A stretch of DNA of 64,000 bases from Candidatus Latescibacterota bacterium. Its GTDB lineage: Bacteria; Latescibacterota; UBA2968; UBA8231. The DNA is taken from positions 896,001 to 960,000 of the forward strand of contig CBDAOB010000003.1 of NCBI GenBank assembly GCA_965197905.1, written 5' to 3'. A program made the position numbers and the translations under genes. A model generated the notes under the pieces. The model saw only the letters and a program-made list of their open reading frames with translations. It made no database searches and had not been told where the DNA came from. Each line of letters begins with the position of its first letter. Position 1 is the first letter of the stretch. Shown here piece by piece: positions 42,863 through 53,645 of the stretch.

Positions 42863-43912
42863 ATGGGCGACAGATTTGTAGACGCGGATCGGCTAGAAGA
42901 ATTCGCTGCGGCTTGTTTTCGCTCAGCCGGTTTCAAGAAGACTGACGCGGAGCTGCAGGCGGAGACACTGGTTTGGGCAAACCGTCGCGGCATCGATTCG
43001 CACGGCCTCGTCCTCCTCAGAATTTACCTGGAGTTCATCGAGAAGGGGTTCATGAATCCCAATCCGGAGATCCAGGTGATTACCGAAACCGCGGCCACGA
43101 TCCTCGTCGAGGCGGAGAGGGCGTTCGGCCCCGTGGCGACTGTGCCGGTTATGGAAAAATGCATTGATAAGGCGCGAGATGTAGGCGTCGCCTGGGGGCT
43201 GGTCCGCAATTGCGCCTATCAGGGGGCCATGTCGTACTACACTCAGATGGCCGTTAGCGCAGGCATGGCGGGCATTATTTCCTGCTGCAATTCTCCCGGC
43301 GCAGCCCCTCCCGGTTCTCGGTCGCTAGGCGTCAGCACTGCGCCCCTGGCCATTGCCGTACAGGGCAAGGAACGTGCCCCGCTCAGTTTGGACATGGCCA
43401 CATCCGTTGTAGCGCGGGGCAAGGTGTCGTTTGCCGCAGACCGCGGTGCCAGCATTCCGGAGGAATGGGCCCTCGATGATCAAGGGCGCCCGACGGCCGA
43501 TCCGAACGAGGTCGTGATGATGCAATCGGCGGGGAGCTACAAAGGCTACGGCATGGCTTTGATGTTCGAATGTCTCGCCAGCCTGATGGCGGGCAGCCCC
43601 TTGGTAACTCCAGTTGTCCAGGAGACCGAACCTATCTCCCCCGGTCATAACAACAGCTGGATGTGCGTCGTCGATATCAGCAAGTTCACGGATCTGGAAG
43701 CCTTTCGAACCAATGCCGACGCCCTGGCGGATACGATGAACGGACTGCCCACGGTAGATGGCAGCGATCCGATTCTGGTGCCGGGCGAGAAGGAGACGAA
43801 GGCGTATGAAGAACGAAAACAAAGCGGCATACCGCTGCCGCCTGGGACGGTTGCCAAGTTGAAATGGGCAGCGGCACATTGCGAGGTGCCGCTGCCGACT
43901 GAGCTCGCCTGA
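42863..43912 (+). CDS. Ldh_2 family oxidoreductase (malate/L-sulfolactate/ureidoglycolate dehydrogenase-like)
   Basis: RGIDSHG, LDMATS, YKGYG, VPGE. Confidence 0.9.
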   Translation: MGDRFVDADRLEEFAAACFRSAGFKKTDAELQAETLVWANRRGIDSHGLVLLRIYLEFIEKGFMNPNPEIQVITETAATILVEAERAFGPVATVPVMEKCIDKARDVGVAWGLVRNCAYQGAMSYYTQMAVSAGMAGIISCCNSPGAAPPGSRSLGVSTAPLAIAVQGKERAPLSLDMATSVVARGKVSFAADRGASIPEEWALDDQGRPTADPNEVVMMQSAGSYKGYGMALMFECLASLMAGSPLVTPVVQETEPISPGHNNSWMCVVDISKFTDLEAFRTNADALADTMNGLPTVDGSDPILVPGEKETKAYEERKQSGIPLPPGTVAKLKWAAAHCEVPLPTELA

Positions 43913-43942
43913 TTATTTCGCCAACCTTTCTGCGACAGGACC

Positions 43943-44935
43943 CTATATACTCCGCTCCAACACCCGGCCCTCCACCGCCCGATCCCCCATCTCGAAGGCG
44001 ACTTGCTCGCCGGTTGCCATGAATCCCAACTCTTGGAAGCGCGCCTGTTTGTCGGTGTCCTCGATGGAGAGAGCGAGGTGACAGCGGGTCGCGCCGACGG
44101 TGCGAGCCCAGTCGACGGCTGCCTGCAACAGCGCAGGTAGCGCTGCCATGTGGCGGTCGCGAGCCATCGCGTCCACTCGGCAGTCTCCTTCGCCGATTAG
44201 TCGCGCCGTGGACAACCCGACCGTGCGCCCGTCTTCGGTATGGGCCACAAACCATTCACCACGATCATCCTGCCGGATGGCTTCCAAACGCGGAAACAGG
44301 CCGTTGCACGAGGTCTGCAAGTGACTACGGGTCGAGTAGATCCGGCTTTTGGCGTTGGCATCCAAGACATGCCAGTCGTGGGGCGTGAGCAGCAGCGGTA
44401 CCAGCGGGATCCGTTCGGCGGGTGTAGCAGCCCGCACGGAGGTCTGCTGCTGCGAACGGAAGTACTCGACGAGAAAACTCTCCACCGAATCGCCGCTGGT
44501 TATGTTGGCCATCACGTTGGAGCCAGCGATGCGGCGCCAGCCCAGCCGGTAGTAGACCCGGGCGGCTTCGGGATTGCCGGTCCCGAGGAATATGGCTTTC
44601 CCACCGTTGCCGCGGAATTCCTCGAGTGCGCAGGTGCAGAGCCGCGTGGAGATACCAGCCCGTCGCTGCCTCGGATCGGTGGCAACCTCGCCCAGGGTAG
44701 CCAGCCCGGGAAGCCGCTTCGATCGGCTGACCATGCAAGTGCCGGCGATCTCACCCTCGATCCGTTCCAGGAAGAGCACGTTCTGGCTGTGATCCAGCTC
44801 CGTGCCCAGGAAGAGATCGCGCGTAATATCGGCAATGGGGCCGAAGATTGACTCCCAGAAGCCGAAAAGCTCGTCGGTCAATTCTGCGGATAGGGGAATT
44901 TCGAAACGCATGGCATTCCTGACGTTGGCCTGCAT
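43943..44935 (-). CDS. Tandem GNAT acetyltransferase
   Basis: EVATDPRQRRAGIS, AARVYYRLGW; second GNAT-like domain ending FQELGF. Confidence 0.8.
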   Translation of the reverse strand: MQANVRNAMRFEIPLSAELTDELFGFWESIFGPIADITRDLFLGTELDHSQNVLFLERIEGEIAGTCMVSRSKRLPGLATLGEVATDPRQRRAGISTRLCTCALEEFRGNGGKAIFLGTGNPEAARVYYRLGWRRIAGSNVMANITSGDSVESFLVEYFRSQQQTSVRAATPAERIPLVPLLLTPHDWHVLDANAKSRIYSTRSHLQTSCNGLFPRLEAIRQDDRGEWFVAHTEDGRTVGLSTARLIGEGDCRVDAMARDRHMAALPALLQAAVDWARTVGATRCHLALSIEDTDKQARFQELGFMATGEQVAFEMGDRAVEGRVLERSI

Positions 44936-45140
44936 CTGCCTTCCAGAATGAGTGTGCTCGGTCGACGGCAAGGTAGTACGCAAAGAATCCGTTCGAAGCA
45001 ACGATGCCCCGAGATTTCATGATCGCGTCATCCAAGGAGCGCAGTCCGTGCCAGGACACTCCAGTTTCGTGGCAGTGGTTGACGGGGCCCATCGTATCGG
45101 ACAACTTACGCCACCCAACCTACTCAGGGAGCAGCAACTT

Positions 45141-46724
45141 ATGACCGCAAAACCGTTCGAAGTGCCTGTCAACCAGCGGCAACTCTTTCTGGACGACCGT
45201 GGAGTCGCCGCCATCGAGAACCTCAAACACACCTTGCATCCACCGGAAAAGAAGGGAGCGGTCATAGAGCCACGGCTGCCGCACGAAACCAGCCTGCAGA
45301 TTCGCTGCGCTCCGACCTGGGATCCGGTGGCGGGCTGTTTCCGCATCTGGCTTATGGCCGATGGCGGTATCGCGCTGGCGGAAAGCGACGACGGCCTCAA
45401 CTGGCACCGGCCGGTACTGCGTTGCACCGAGCACCGGGGTTCGTTGGAGAACAGTCTGGTCACCGGTCGGTGCGGCGGCCACGTAATCTTCGATCCCCAC
45501 GATCCCGATACCTCGCGGCGCTACAAGAGCTTGTCCTTGCGCGGCGCCCAGGAACGGGTGGTGAGCCCAATCGCCCAACACTGGAGGCTCGGGCACAACC
45601 CGTGGCGCCTGGCCTATCCTGGCCGCCACGTGCTCAGCAATCCCCGCCAGTACCAGATGAGCTGGGTGATCCAGGTGCAGGAGCGCTCGAGCGCGCCGGC
45701 GGAGGAACGCTATGAAGGCAGGGGTTGCTTTCAGACGCGCGACCTTACCGTGAGTCCGGACGGAATTCACTGGAGGGTGCTCGATTGTCCCGGCCTGCCC
45801 ACGGGGGATGAAGGCAACATGACCTTCGACGAACAGACCGGAACCTACATCGCAACCTTGAAGGAAGGAGAGATGGGGCCCCATGGTCGGTCGATCGCTC
45901 TGGCCACCAGCAAGGATTTCGACAACTGGAGCCAGCCGGAGCTCGTGTTTCACGCCGACGAGAAGGATCTGGAACTGGCGAAAGAGCACATCGCCGAGCG
46001 TCTGGCCAATCCGAAAATGGTGCAGCCTACCTACAATGTGCCGGAGGAATATTTCGTCGACGTCTACAACATGGGCGTCTCCCGCTACGAAGGACTCTAC
46101 ATAGGCATGGCCGCGTTCTTCCATCACACCGGCGACGTGAACGAGAACTCCGACGGTTTTCACATAGTGCAGCTCGCCAGCAGCCGCGATCTACGCAACT
46201 GGAACCGAGTGGGAGACCGGGCAGCGTTCATCACTCCTTCGCCCATTGATTCGGGTCATTACGATCTGAGTCAGATCATGCCGCCGTCGCGACCGCTGCA
46301 CAAGAACGGAGAGCTCTGGTTCTACTACTTTGGCGGCAAGTATCGCTCGCACAAGGAGGACGACGATCCAAAAACAGGAGGCGTCTGCCTGGCGGTGCTC
46401 CGCCGGGACGGGTTTGTCTCCCTGGATGCCGGGGATACAGGCGGTTCGGCGTTGACCGATTCATTCCTGTTGCAGAGTCCATGGTTGTTTGCCAACGTGG
46501 ACGCTGCCAATGGCTCGGTGGAGGTGGAGGTGGTGGACGAATCGGGCCGCTCGATTGCGGAATCGGAGCCGATCAAGGGGGATCATCCCCGGTATCCGGT
46601 GCAGTGGAAGACCGGTGACCTGGCGGCGTCGGTCAACCGCCCGGTGCAGTTGCGGTTCAAAGCGAGCAAGGCTTCGATCTACTCCTACTGGTTTGACGAG
46701 GTAACGGAACCAGCACCCCATTGA
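45141..46724 (+). CDS. Five-bladed beta-propeller glycoside-hydrolase-like protein (close paralogue of 51188-52768)
   Basis: RQLFLDD, SDDGLNW, SPDGIHW, SKDFDNW, LRRDGFVSLDA; ATG at 45141. Confidence 0.78.
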   Translation: MTAKPFEVPVNQRQLFLDDRGVAAIENLKHTLHPPEKKGAVIEPRLPHETSLQIRCAPTWDPVAGCFRIWLMADGGIALAESDDGLNWHRPVLRCTEHRGSLENSLVTGRCGGHVIFDPHDPDTSRRYKSLSLRGAQERVVSPIAQHWRLGHNPWRLAYPGRHVLSNPRQYQMSWVIQVQERSSAPAEERYEGRGCFQTRDLTVSPDGIHWRVLDCPGLPTGDEGNMTFDEQTGTYIATLKEGEMGPHGRSIALATSKDFDNWSQPELVFHADEKDLELAKEHIAERLANPKMVQPTYNVPEEYFVDVYNMGVSRYEGLYIGMAAFFHHTGDVNENSDGFHIVQLASSRDLRNWNRVGDRAAFITPSPIDSGHYDLSQIMPPSRPLHKNGELWFYYFGGKYRSHKEDDDPKTGGVCLAVLRRDGFVSLDAGDTGGSALTDSFLLQSPWLFANVDAANGSVEVEVVDESGRSIAESEPIKGDHPRYPVQWKTGDLAASVNRPVQLRFKASKASIYSYWFDEVTEPAPH

Positions 46725-46736
46725 GGAGAAGCGAAC

Positions 46737-47366
46737 ATGAAGGTATTGGTGATTGGGGCCAACGGTAATACCGCCACGCGTGCGGTGCGGAGATTGAAGG
46801 AAAGCTCCCACGAACCGCTGGCGATGATCCGCAACGTCGAGCATCGAGAGAAATTTGACGACATGGGGGTGTCGACCGTTCTGGCCGATCTGGAATATCC
46901 GATCGATCACGCGGTGCAAGGCTGCGACGCGGTGATCTTTGGTGCTGGCTCGGGCGGACACACCGGGAAGGACAAAACAGTACTGGTCGATCACATCGGT
47001 GCGATCCGTTCCATGGTGACCGCCCAGCTACACGGTGCCAAGCGCTTCATCATGCTGAGTTCGATCAATGCGGACGTGAACAGTGAGTCGCGCATTGCTC
47101 ACTACCACAAGGCCAAGGGCTACGCCGACAAACATCTGCAGGAGAGCGAGCTGGACTACACCATTATTTGGCCTGGTGGGTTGAGGGATGACGAGGGATC
47201 GGGTACGGTCTCGGTCAGCCCCGATCTGCACGTGGAGGGCACAACCTCCCGCGAGAACCTCGCCGCCGCGTTGGTCACGTGCCTCGACCTGGACAACACG
47301 ATCGGCAAACGGTTCAGCATGCTGGAAGGCGATACCCCTTTGGAGGAAGCACTGCGGTCGATGTAA
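46737..47366 (+). CDS. Atypical SDR / NAD(P)H-binding protein (YhfK-like)
   Basis: VLVIGANG, AVIFGAGSG, RFIMLSS, AKGYAD. Confidence 0.88.
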   Translation: MKVLVIGANGNTATRAVRRLKESSHEPLAMIRNVEHREKFDDMGVSTVLADLEYPIDHAVQGCDAVIFGAGSGGHTGKDKTVLVDHIGAIRSMVTAQLHGAKRFIMLSSINADVNSESRIAHYHKAKGYADKHLQESELDYTIIWPGGLRDDEGSGTVSVSPDLHVEGTTSRENLAAALVTCLDLDNTIGKRFSMLEGDTPLEEALRSM

Positions 47367-47451
47367 CGAGTCTCCGGCAGTGGCCGCCCATCAAGGCGGA
47401 GACAGAGCTGGCCGTTTTCGCCATCGCCGCGGAGCATACCAGGAGGATGTC

Positions 47452-48417
47452 ATGAACGTCAATTTCGATCCCGCTGATATTCGCAGCTGGTTATGTGGAC
47501 CGATAGTGGCTGCGGCTACCCCCTTCACCGAGGATTATGCCCTAGATCTGGACGCCTTGCGCGATCACGTCCGTTTCATGGTAGACCACGGAGTCAGGAC
47601 GGGGCAGGGTGCTCTGCTGATGGCGGCAGCAGGTGGAGAGCATCCAACCATGAACGTCGAGGAGCGTAAAGCGGTCATGGAGGCAGCAGTGGAAGCGGCG
47701 GCGGGAGAGGTGCCCGTGCTGGCCAGTATTCAGCACACAGACACACGAGTGATAGTCGAGCTGGCGGAACACGCCGCCAAGGTGGGCATACAAGGAGCCC
47801 AGTTGAATGCCACCTACTACTACCCCGCCAAAGAAGGAGACGTCCTCAGGCTTTTCAAGATGGTTGCTGATGCCTCGGACGTGACTGTCATGATTTACCG
47901 CGTCGGTGTTCTGAAGGAGATGAGCATAGAGTTCCTACAGCGCCTGGCGGAGATAGAGACTGTGCGGGTGGTGAAATTCGGGGCCAACGATCAGGACGAA
48001 TTTGCCAGGGGTGTCGCGATCCTCGCCAAAGACCTGGTGGTCATTGATAACTCCGGCCAGCATGTCTGGGGACACATACTGGGAGCAAGAGGTGTCATCA
48101 CTCACATCAGCAACTTCTGGCCTGAGTATCCTCTCCAGATCTGGCAGCTCCTCGAGCAAGGGGAGTACGTAGCCGTCAAGGACAAGCTGATCGCCTTCAA
48201 ATGGAAGTGGGTGGAGTGGGTTCGCAAGATTACCAAGGTCACGGGAGGAGAAGCCCCCTTCTCAAAGGCGGCGATGGAGACCGTTGGTTTGCGGGCAGGT
48301 CCTCCGCGCCTGCCCGCTGTCCGGCCGCCTCAAGAACTGCTGGATGAGTTGCGCGCGCTTTTCGACTCGGCTGGTGTGCCTCAAGCCCAAGTGACTACCC
48401 AGTCCACACCCCGATAG
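47452..48417 (+). CDS. Dihydrodipicolinate synthase/N-acetylneuraminate lyase family aldolase
   Basis: AGGAGG RBS; TPF...LD, GE..TM..EERK, Schiff-base Lys in VVKF, GPPRLP. Confidence 0.82.
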   Translation: MNVNFDPADIRSWLCGPIVAAATPFTEDYALDLDALRDHVRFMVDHGVRTGQGALLMAAAGGEHPTMNVEERKAVMEAAVEAAAGEVPVLASIQHTDTRVIVELAEHAAKVGIQGAQLNATYYYPAKEGDVLRLFKMVADASDVTVMIYRVGVLKEMSIEFLQRLAEIETVRVVKFGANDQDEFARGVAILAKDLVVIDNSGQHVWGHILGARGVITHISNFWPEYPLQIWQLLEQGEYVAVKDKLIAFKWKWVEWVRKITKVTGGEAPFSKAAMETVGLRAGPPRLPAVRPPQELLDELRALFDSAGVPQAQVTTQSTPR

Positions 48418-48477
48418 TGTGAATTCGCGCCCGCCACCGTTTTGGTTTTTTCAGCGGGCATCCCAGACGTCGGCATC

Positions 48478-49701
48478 ATGAAGATCGACCGCGACCGCTT
48501 TCTTGAAGAGGGCTACCTCACCGTACGGGAAGCGATCCCGCCGAGTCAGCTCGAAGCGGTTCGGGAAGCGTATGAGCTACTCGTTAGCTATCAGAGGAAG
48601 ATCTGGGTTCGGGAGCGCAAACCGGACGACCCGCCCGGTGGCGAATGGGAAATCGCGCGGCAGCCCAGATTGCATCTGAGTCCAATCTCGCCGCGATTGA
48701 CCGGACTTCTAGACCGAATCGATGGCCTCACGATCAAAGCCATCGAGGTATGGATGTTCGAGCGTATTCATGGCGTCAGCTGCGAACTGCTCGGCGTTGC
48801 GGATGCGGCGGTAACGGACATGATGCTGATGTGCAATCCGGTGCGGAATCACGGGCCGGCGAAATGGCACCGGGATATGTACCCGCCGACCAGCGCGCCC
48901 GTGCGGGGCTATTTCAACGATATTCTTGAGAGCGGACCGCGGTACGTTCAGTGGAACATCTCGCTGCATGACGACGACGTACTGTGCGTAATTCCGGGGA
49001 GCCATGTTCGCGCAAACACGCCTGAGCAGGATGCCGCCATCGCCGCTGATCCACATCAGGCACTTCCCGATTTGGTCAGGACCGACCTGAAGGCAGGAGA
49101 CGGTGTGGTGTACATCTTGCCCATCTTACACTGGGGCAGTAACTACACAACCACGAAGCGCCGCTGTATTCACGGCGGGTTTTCGACCTTCACCCGGCAT
49201 CCCGATCTTCGGTTTACCGACTTCCTGCCTCTTAAAAGGCGGGAGATGTTCCGGCGGTGGGCGCAGCGTTCTGAAACGATGAAAGATTGCACCGAAGCAG
49301 CAATGCGTGCGTTCGCTAATCGGGACTCGCAGGGGTACCAAAATGCGCTGGACCAGCTACATCCGGGCCGCGGCCCGAAGGGTAGGGATCTATCGTCCGT
49401 TTATCTGAGCAAAGCGGCCGGATGGATAAACGATCACAAGACCGACGCGGACACGCCACCCGAGCCGAGCCGAAATCCGAGGCCCCGGGCACATCCTATC
49501 ACACTCTACTGGGGCGAGGAGTTCGCAGACAGGTTTACGCGGGATGAGGCCCAGAGGATGTGGCGCCGGTTCAGCCAAGTGGATGAGTTGATGCGCGAGA
49601 AGAACCTGCAGTATGCACCAGGTTTTCAGGGTGGCGAATCCCACTACCAATTTGTCGACATGCCGGATAGCGCCGCCTTCGATGAACTGATCGGGGACTA
49701 A
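48478..49701 (+). CDS. PhyH-family Fe(II)/2OG dioxygenase with C-terminal extension
   Basis: FLEEGY, WHRD, VIPGSH, ILHWGSNY...RR. Confidence 0.82.
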   Translation: MKIDRDRFLEEGYLTVREAIPPSQLEAVREAYELLVSYQRKIWVRERKPDDPPGGEWEIARQPRLHLSPISPRLTGLLDRIDGLTIKAIEVWMFERIHGVSCELLGVADAAVTDMMLMCNPVRNHGPAKWHRDMYPPTSAPVRGYFNDILESGPRYVQWNISLHDDDVLCVIPGSHVRANTPEQDAAIAADPHQALPDLVRTDLKAGDGVVYILPILHWGSNYTTTKRRCIHGGFSTFTRHPDLRFTDFLPLKRREMFRRWAQRSETMKDCTEAAMRAFANRDSQGYQNALDQLHPGRGPKGRDLSSVYLSKAAGWINDHKTDADTPPEPSRNPRPRAHPITLYWGEEFADRFTRDEAQRMWRRFSQVDELMREKNLQYAPGFQGGESHYQFVDMPDSAAFDELIGD

Positions 49702-49702
49702 C

Positions 49703-51020
49703 TTACCCCGAAACGTATCTTCCTTCTGCACGGTATTTGAAGAACCAGACGGCGGTGACGAGCCTGAAACAATTTCGGGCCACCAACGCGAGCCAAATCG
49801 TGGTGATCGAGAGTGTGGTGAGGTAACCGATCGCCAGGACCGGAAGGAAGGCGACCACTAGTGCGCCCACCACGGAGTTGCGCAGGAACCTGTAGTCGCG
49901 GCTGCCGAACAGAATCCCGTCATAAACAAAGACCAGCGCGTTGAATGGCGAAGAAACGACGATAAGCCACCAGTACTGGTCGATGATCGTTGTCAGTGAC
50001 GCGTCGTTCGTAAAGATCAGCTGAATGGGGCGCGCGGCGAAGAAGAAAAGAAGCGAAAACCCCGTGCCGGTCAGAAATCCGAGCAGCAGAAGCCGGTTAC
50101 CCAGTGTTTTCCACTTGTCCGGACGTAGCTCGCCGAGATACTTACCTCCGAGCGAGGTCGCGGTGACGGCGATACCGTCCACAAAAAACGACGCGAACAC
50201 CCATACTTGAAGGCCGATCTGATGAGCGGCGACGATATCCGTGCCAAGTCGTGTCGCTACCGACGCGCCAATGAAGTAGGATCCAGTCAGACAGCCCGTC
50301 CGGATGAACAAGTCCAACGCCTCGCCGCCGAAACTCAGCGCGTCGGAGATCTTGAGCTTAACTTTCTCGAGGATTGCGGAGACGTCGCGGTTCTTCCAGA
50401 GCCAACCAAGGCCCAGCGCGGTCGCAAGCGCAAACGACCCCGTCGTGCCTACTGCGGCGGCCGATGAGTCCCGTATTTAGGACATAGAGCGCGAACCAGG
50501 TGGTGACAACGTTGCTCACCGTTAGCACGGCAATGACGACAAACGAGAACGGAATGCGCTGAAGACCTCGAAGAATGCCAAGCAGCGCCGTCGTCAACAG
50601 CACGAACGGCAACCCGAGACAACGCACGCCATAGTAGGGATTCGCGAGCACGACGAGTTCGTCGGATGCACCCATAACAGTTACGAGTAGCGGCACCATG
50701 AACACGTAGAGCAGGGCCCCGACCACGCACCCGAGACCAAGAGCCGACAAAAGCGCCAGGCGAATATGCGTCCCGAGCAGCCTGCGGTCGCCCGCTCCCA
50801 CCGCCTGTGCAACCCGGGCCGTGACCGCGTAGACGAGAAAGTTGAAGACCCAGGTGAACGCCGTCAGCACGCTCGTCGCCACGGCCAGTCCGGCGAGCCA
50901 GAGTGTATCCTTGCGCCCGACAAACGCCGTATCGACCATGGCTGCGACCGGTTCCATGGCGACGGAAAGAATCGCCGGAATCGAGATCTTGATCAGGTTG
51001 CGATAACTGAGTTCTGACAT
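49703..51020 (-). CDS. MATE (DinF-like) efflux transporter; frameshift near 50460
   Basis: EP....VDTAFVG, GILRG, IRT, AAHQI, DGILFG. Deleting one C joins the 50358-51089 and 49703-50317 frames (LIGAAVGT). Confidence 0.85.
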
Positions 51021-51187
51021 GGGATGTAGCAGACGGCACGGAGATGGTCGTGCGGCCCGAAAACTCGCTCCGAATCGGATAATCCTCAAGGACCGTGGCT
51101 GACCATGTGGCTCACCGTTGACAGCGGTCGCCAGCAGAGTGCAGTATAAAGCACCGTAGAATCAACAAGATTTCATGGAGCTCACAC

Positions 51188-52768
51188 ATGACAGAAAAAC
51201 CATTCGAGGTTCCCGTCGGTCAGCGCCAGCTTTTCCTGGATGATCAGGGGATAACCGAGATTCAAGAGCTCCACCCTACGCTGCACCCGCCCGAAAAGAA
51301 AGGTGCGGTGATCGAACCGGGCGATGACGAACGCAACATTTCGATCCGCTGCGCGCCCGCGTGGGACCCTGAGGAGCGCTGTTACAAGCTCTGGGTGATG
51401 TGTGAAGGAGGTATGGGTCTGGCGGAAAGCGCCGATGGGCTCAATTGGGAACGTCCGATTCTCCGCGTCCGGGAACACAAAGGTTCGTTGGAGAACAATC
51501 TGGTCGCCGGTCCCTGTGGTGAGCAGGTGGCTTTCGATCCCGCCGACCCGGATCCGTCCCGGCGTTACAAGAGTTTGCGATTGCGCGGGGCTCTGGAACG
51601 CATGGTGAGTCCAATCGCCGAGCATTGGAAGCTCCATCACAACCCATGGCGCCTGGCCTACACCCGCGGACACGAGCTGAACGATCCGCGGCAATACCAA
51701 CACAGCTGGGTTATTCAAGTCAGCGAACGGCCAGGCGCTCCGGCTGATGAGCGGTTCGAAGGCATGGGCAGTTTCCAAACGCGGGATCTGGTGGTCAGCT
51801 CCGATGGCATCCACTGGCGCATGCTGGACAGGCCTGGACTGCCCTCGGGTGACGAAGCCAATTTCAGCATCGACGAAGAGACCGGGACCTATATCGCCAC
51901 GCTGAAGGAAGGGGAGATGGGTCCGTATGGGCGCTCGATTTCCCTGGCGACGAGCAAGGACTTCGAGCGTTGGACCCAGCATGGGCTGGTATTTCATGCC
52001 GATGAGAAGGACCAGGAACTGAATGTCGAGGTGATCACGGCGCGGTTTGAAAATCCGTCGCTAACCCATCAGGTGTACAACGTGCCGGCGGAGTATTTCG
52101 TCGATGTCTACAACATGGGGATATTTCGCTACGAAGGTCTCTATATAGGGCTGCCCGCTTTCTTCCACCACACCGGAGATAGGAATGAGAATTCGGACGG
52201 TTTCCACCGCGTCCAGCTGACTTCCAGCCGCGATCTGCATTCGTGGACCCGGCTGGGCGGCCGCGAACCGTTCATCGGTCCGTCGACGATCGAATCGGGG
52301 GCCTACGATCTGAACGGAATCTTGCCACCTTCGAAACCGATTCTCAAGGATGACGAGTTGTGGCTCTACTACCCGGGTGGGCGCTATCGCGAGGAGCCAC
52401 CGGACGCGCGCCCGAAGCGCAGCGCCGTCTGCCTCGCGGTGTTACGGCGGGATGGTTTTATCTCCCTGGATGCGGGTGCGAGTGGTGGTTCGGTGCTGAC
52501 AAACTCGTTTCTACTGCCGAGTCCATGGTTGTTCACCAATGTGGATGCGTCGGGCGGATCAGTGGAGCTGCAGGTGCTGGATGATTCGGGGGGTGTGATC
52601 GCGGAATCCGAGCCGATCACCGGGGACCATCCGCGATACCCGGTGCAGTGGAAGTCGGGCGACCTGGCAGCAACGGTCAGTCGCCCAGCCCAGCTGCGCA
52701 TCAAGGCGAATGACGCTTCGCTCTATTCCTACTGGTTTGCCGAGGTGACCGAGCCAGCTCCCCATTGA
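51188..52768 (+). CDS. Five-bladed beta-propeller glycoside-hydrolase-like protein (close paralogue of 45141-46724)
   Basis: Collinear with the 45141 protein from MTxKPFEVPV to EVTEPAPH*. Confidence 0.78.
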   Translation: MTEKPFEVPVGQRQLFLDDQGITEIQELHPTLHPPEKKGAVIEPGDDERNISIRCAPAWDPEERCYKLWVMCEGGMGLAESADGLNWERPILRVREHKGSLENNLVAGPCGEQVAFDPADPDPSRRYKSLRLRGALERMVSPIAEHWKLHHNPWRLAYTRGHELNDPRQYQHSWVIQVSERPGAPADERFEGMGSFQTRDLVVSSDGIHWRMLDRPGLPSGDEANFSIDEETGTYIATLKEGEMGPYGRSISLATSKDFERWTQHGLVFHADEKDQELNVEVITARFENPSLTHQVYNVPAEYFVDVYNMGIFRYEGLYIGLPAFFHHTGDRNENSDGFHRVQLTSSRDLHSWTRLGGREPFIGPSTIESGAYDLNGILPPSKPILKDDELWLYYPGGRYREEPPDARPKRSAVCLAVLRRDGFISLDAGASGGSVLTNSFLLPSPWLFTNVDASGGSVELQVLDDSGGVIAESEPITGDHPRYPVQWKSGDLAATVSRPAQLRIKANDASLYSYWFAEVTEPAPH

Positions 52769-52806
52769 CCCGCCATCGTGCAACTCCTGGCTACAAGCAG
52801 GCTGCG

Positions 52807-53319
52807 CTAGCGACGGGGGGCGTCTGTCTTGATGAATTGAAGCGGATTCAGGGAGCGCTTTCCCTGAGTTATCATGTAGTGCAGACCAGGAGACGTGGTG
52901 GCTCCGGATTTCCCGATCTTGCCGATCACGTCACCAATACCGACCTGTTGACCCCGCTTCACGGTCGAAGCCTCGAGATGACCGTAGGAGGACTTCACGT
53001 TGCGGCTGTGGTTGATTACCACGTACCTGCCCAGGTGATTGTTCGTCCCGACCTTCTCAACGATGCCGGGCCCAGTAGCGAGCACCTCGGTACCCAGGGG
53101 GCCCTTGAAATGAGCGCCGTGGGGTGAGCTGCATATCGGCTTTTCGCTCGGTGCCGCCGGCTTCAACTTGCAGCCGACCCCCCCACCGCCTGCCGGTTTT
53201 GCGGCGACGGAACAGTCGGAATTCTTGGGGACTGGAGAGCCATTCGGAATGGAGCCGCTGTAAGCGGCATCGGCTGTCTGGCAGAGAACCAGAACGCTGA
53301 GAATTGCTATCAATCGCAT
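52807..53319 (-). CDS. Secreted M23 peptidase-like (LytM domain) protein with degenerate active site
   Basis: Signal peptide; GTEVLATGPG, YGHL, VKRGQQV, IGKIGKSG, SPGLHY, LNP. Confidence 0.8.
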   Translation of the reverse strand: MRLIAILSVLVLCQTADAAYSGSIPNGSPVPKNSDCSVAAKPAGGGGVGCKLKPAAPSEKPICSSPHGAHFKGPLGTEVLATGPGIVEKVGTNNHLGRYVVINHSRNVKSSYGHLEASTVKRGQQVGIGDVIGKIGKSGATTSPGLHYMITQGKRSLNPLQFIKTDAPRR

Positions 53320-53645
53320 GAGAGACCTTCCTTCGGGTTTCCTATAGAATGCAAAGAGCCGGCAAAGGAGGCAATAAAAAAATTTAGCGAAGCGACGGTT
53401 TCGCCGCCTCCGTCAAATCCAGCTCCCGTAGCTCTCCAGCACTTCGTTACGGGTTGTCTGCAGGCGCACGTTGATAATCGTCTGCTTCAAGGCTATCCGT
53501 CAGTTGCTGACGCAGCTCCGCAATCTCCGGCAAGCGACCGATCCAACCCTTTGAGACGCAGGGAACTCCCATCCATTCCGGCGGCAGATCATGGCTACGA
53601 GATGGGAGTCTTTATAGGTTTTGCGTCACCGTTCCACGCAGTGAC

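Noticed and set aside
51118..51150. TTGACA...TATAAA upstream of the 51188 gene
   Set aside because: The spacer is 21 nt, too long for a standard sigma70 promoter.
53350..53366. Possible sigma54 promoter for the M23 gene (TTTGCCGGCTCTTTGCA on the minus strand)
   Set aside because: Lacks the invariant GG at -24 at the required spacing from the GC at -12.
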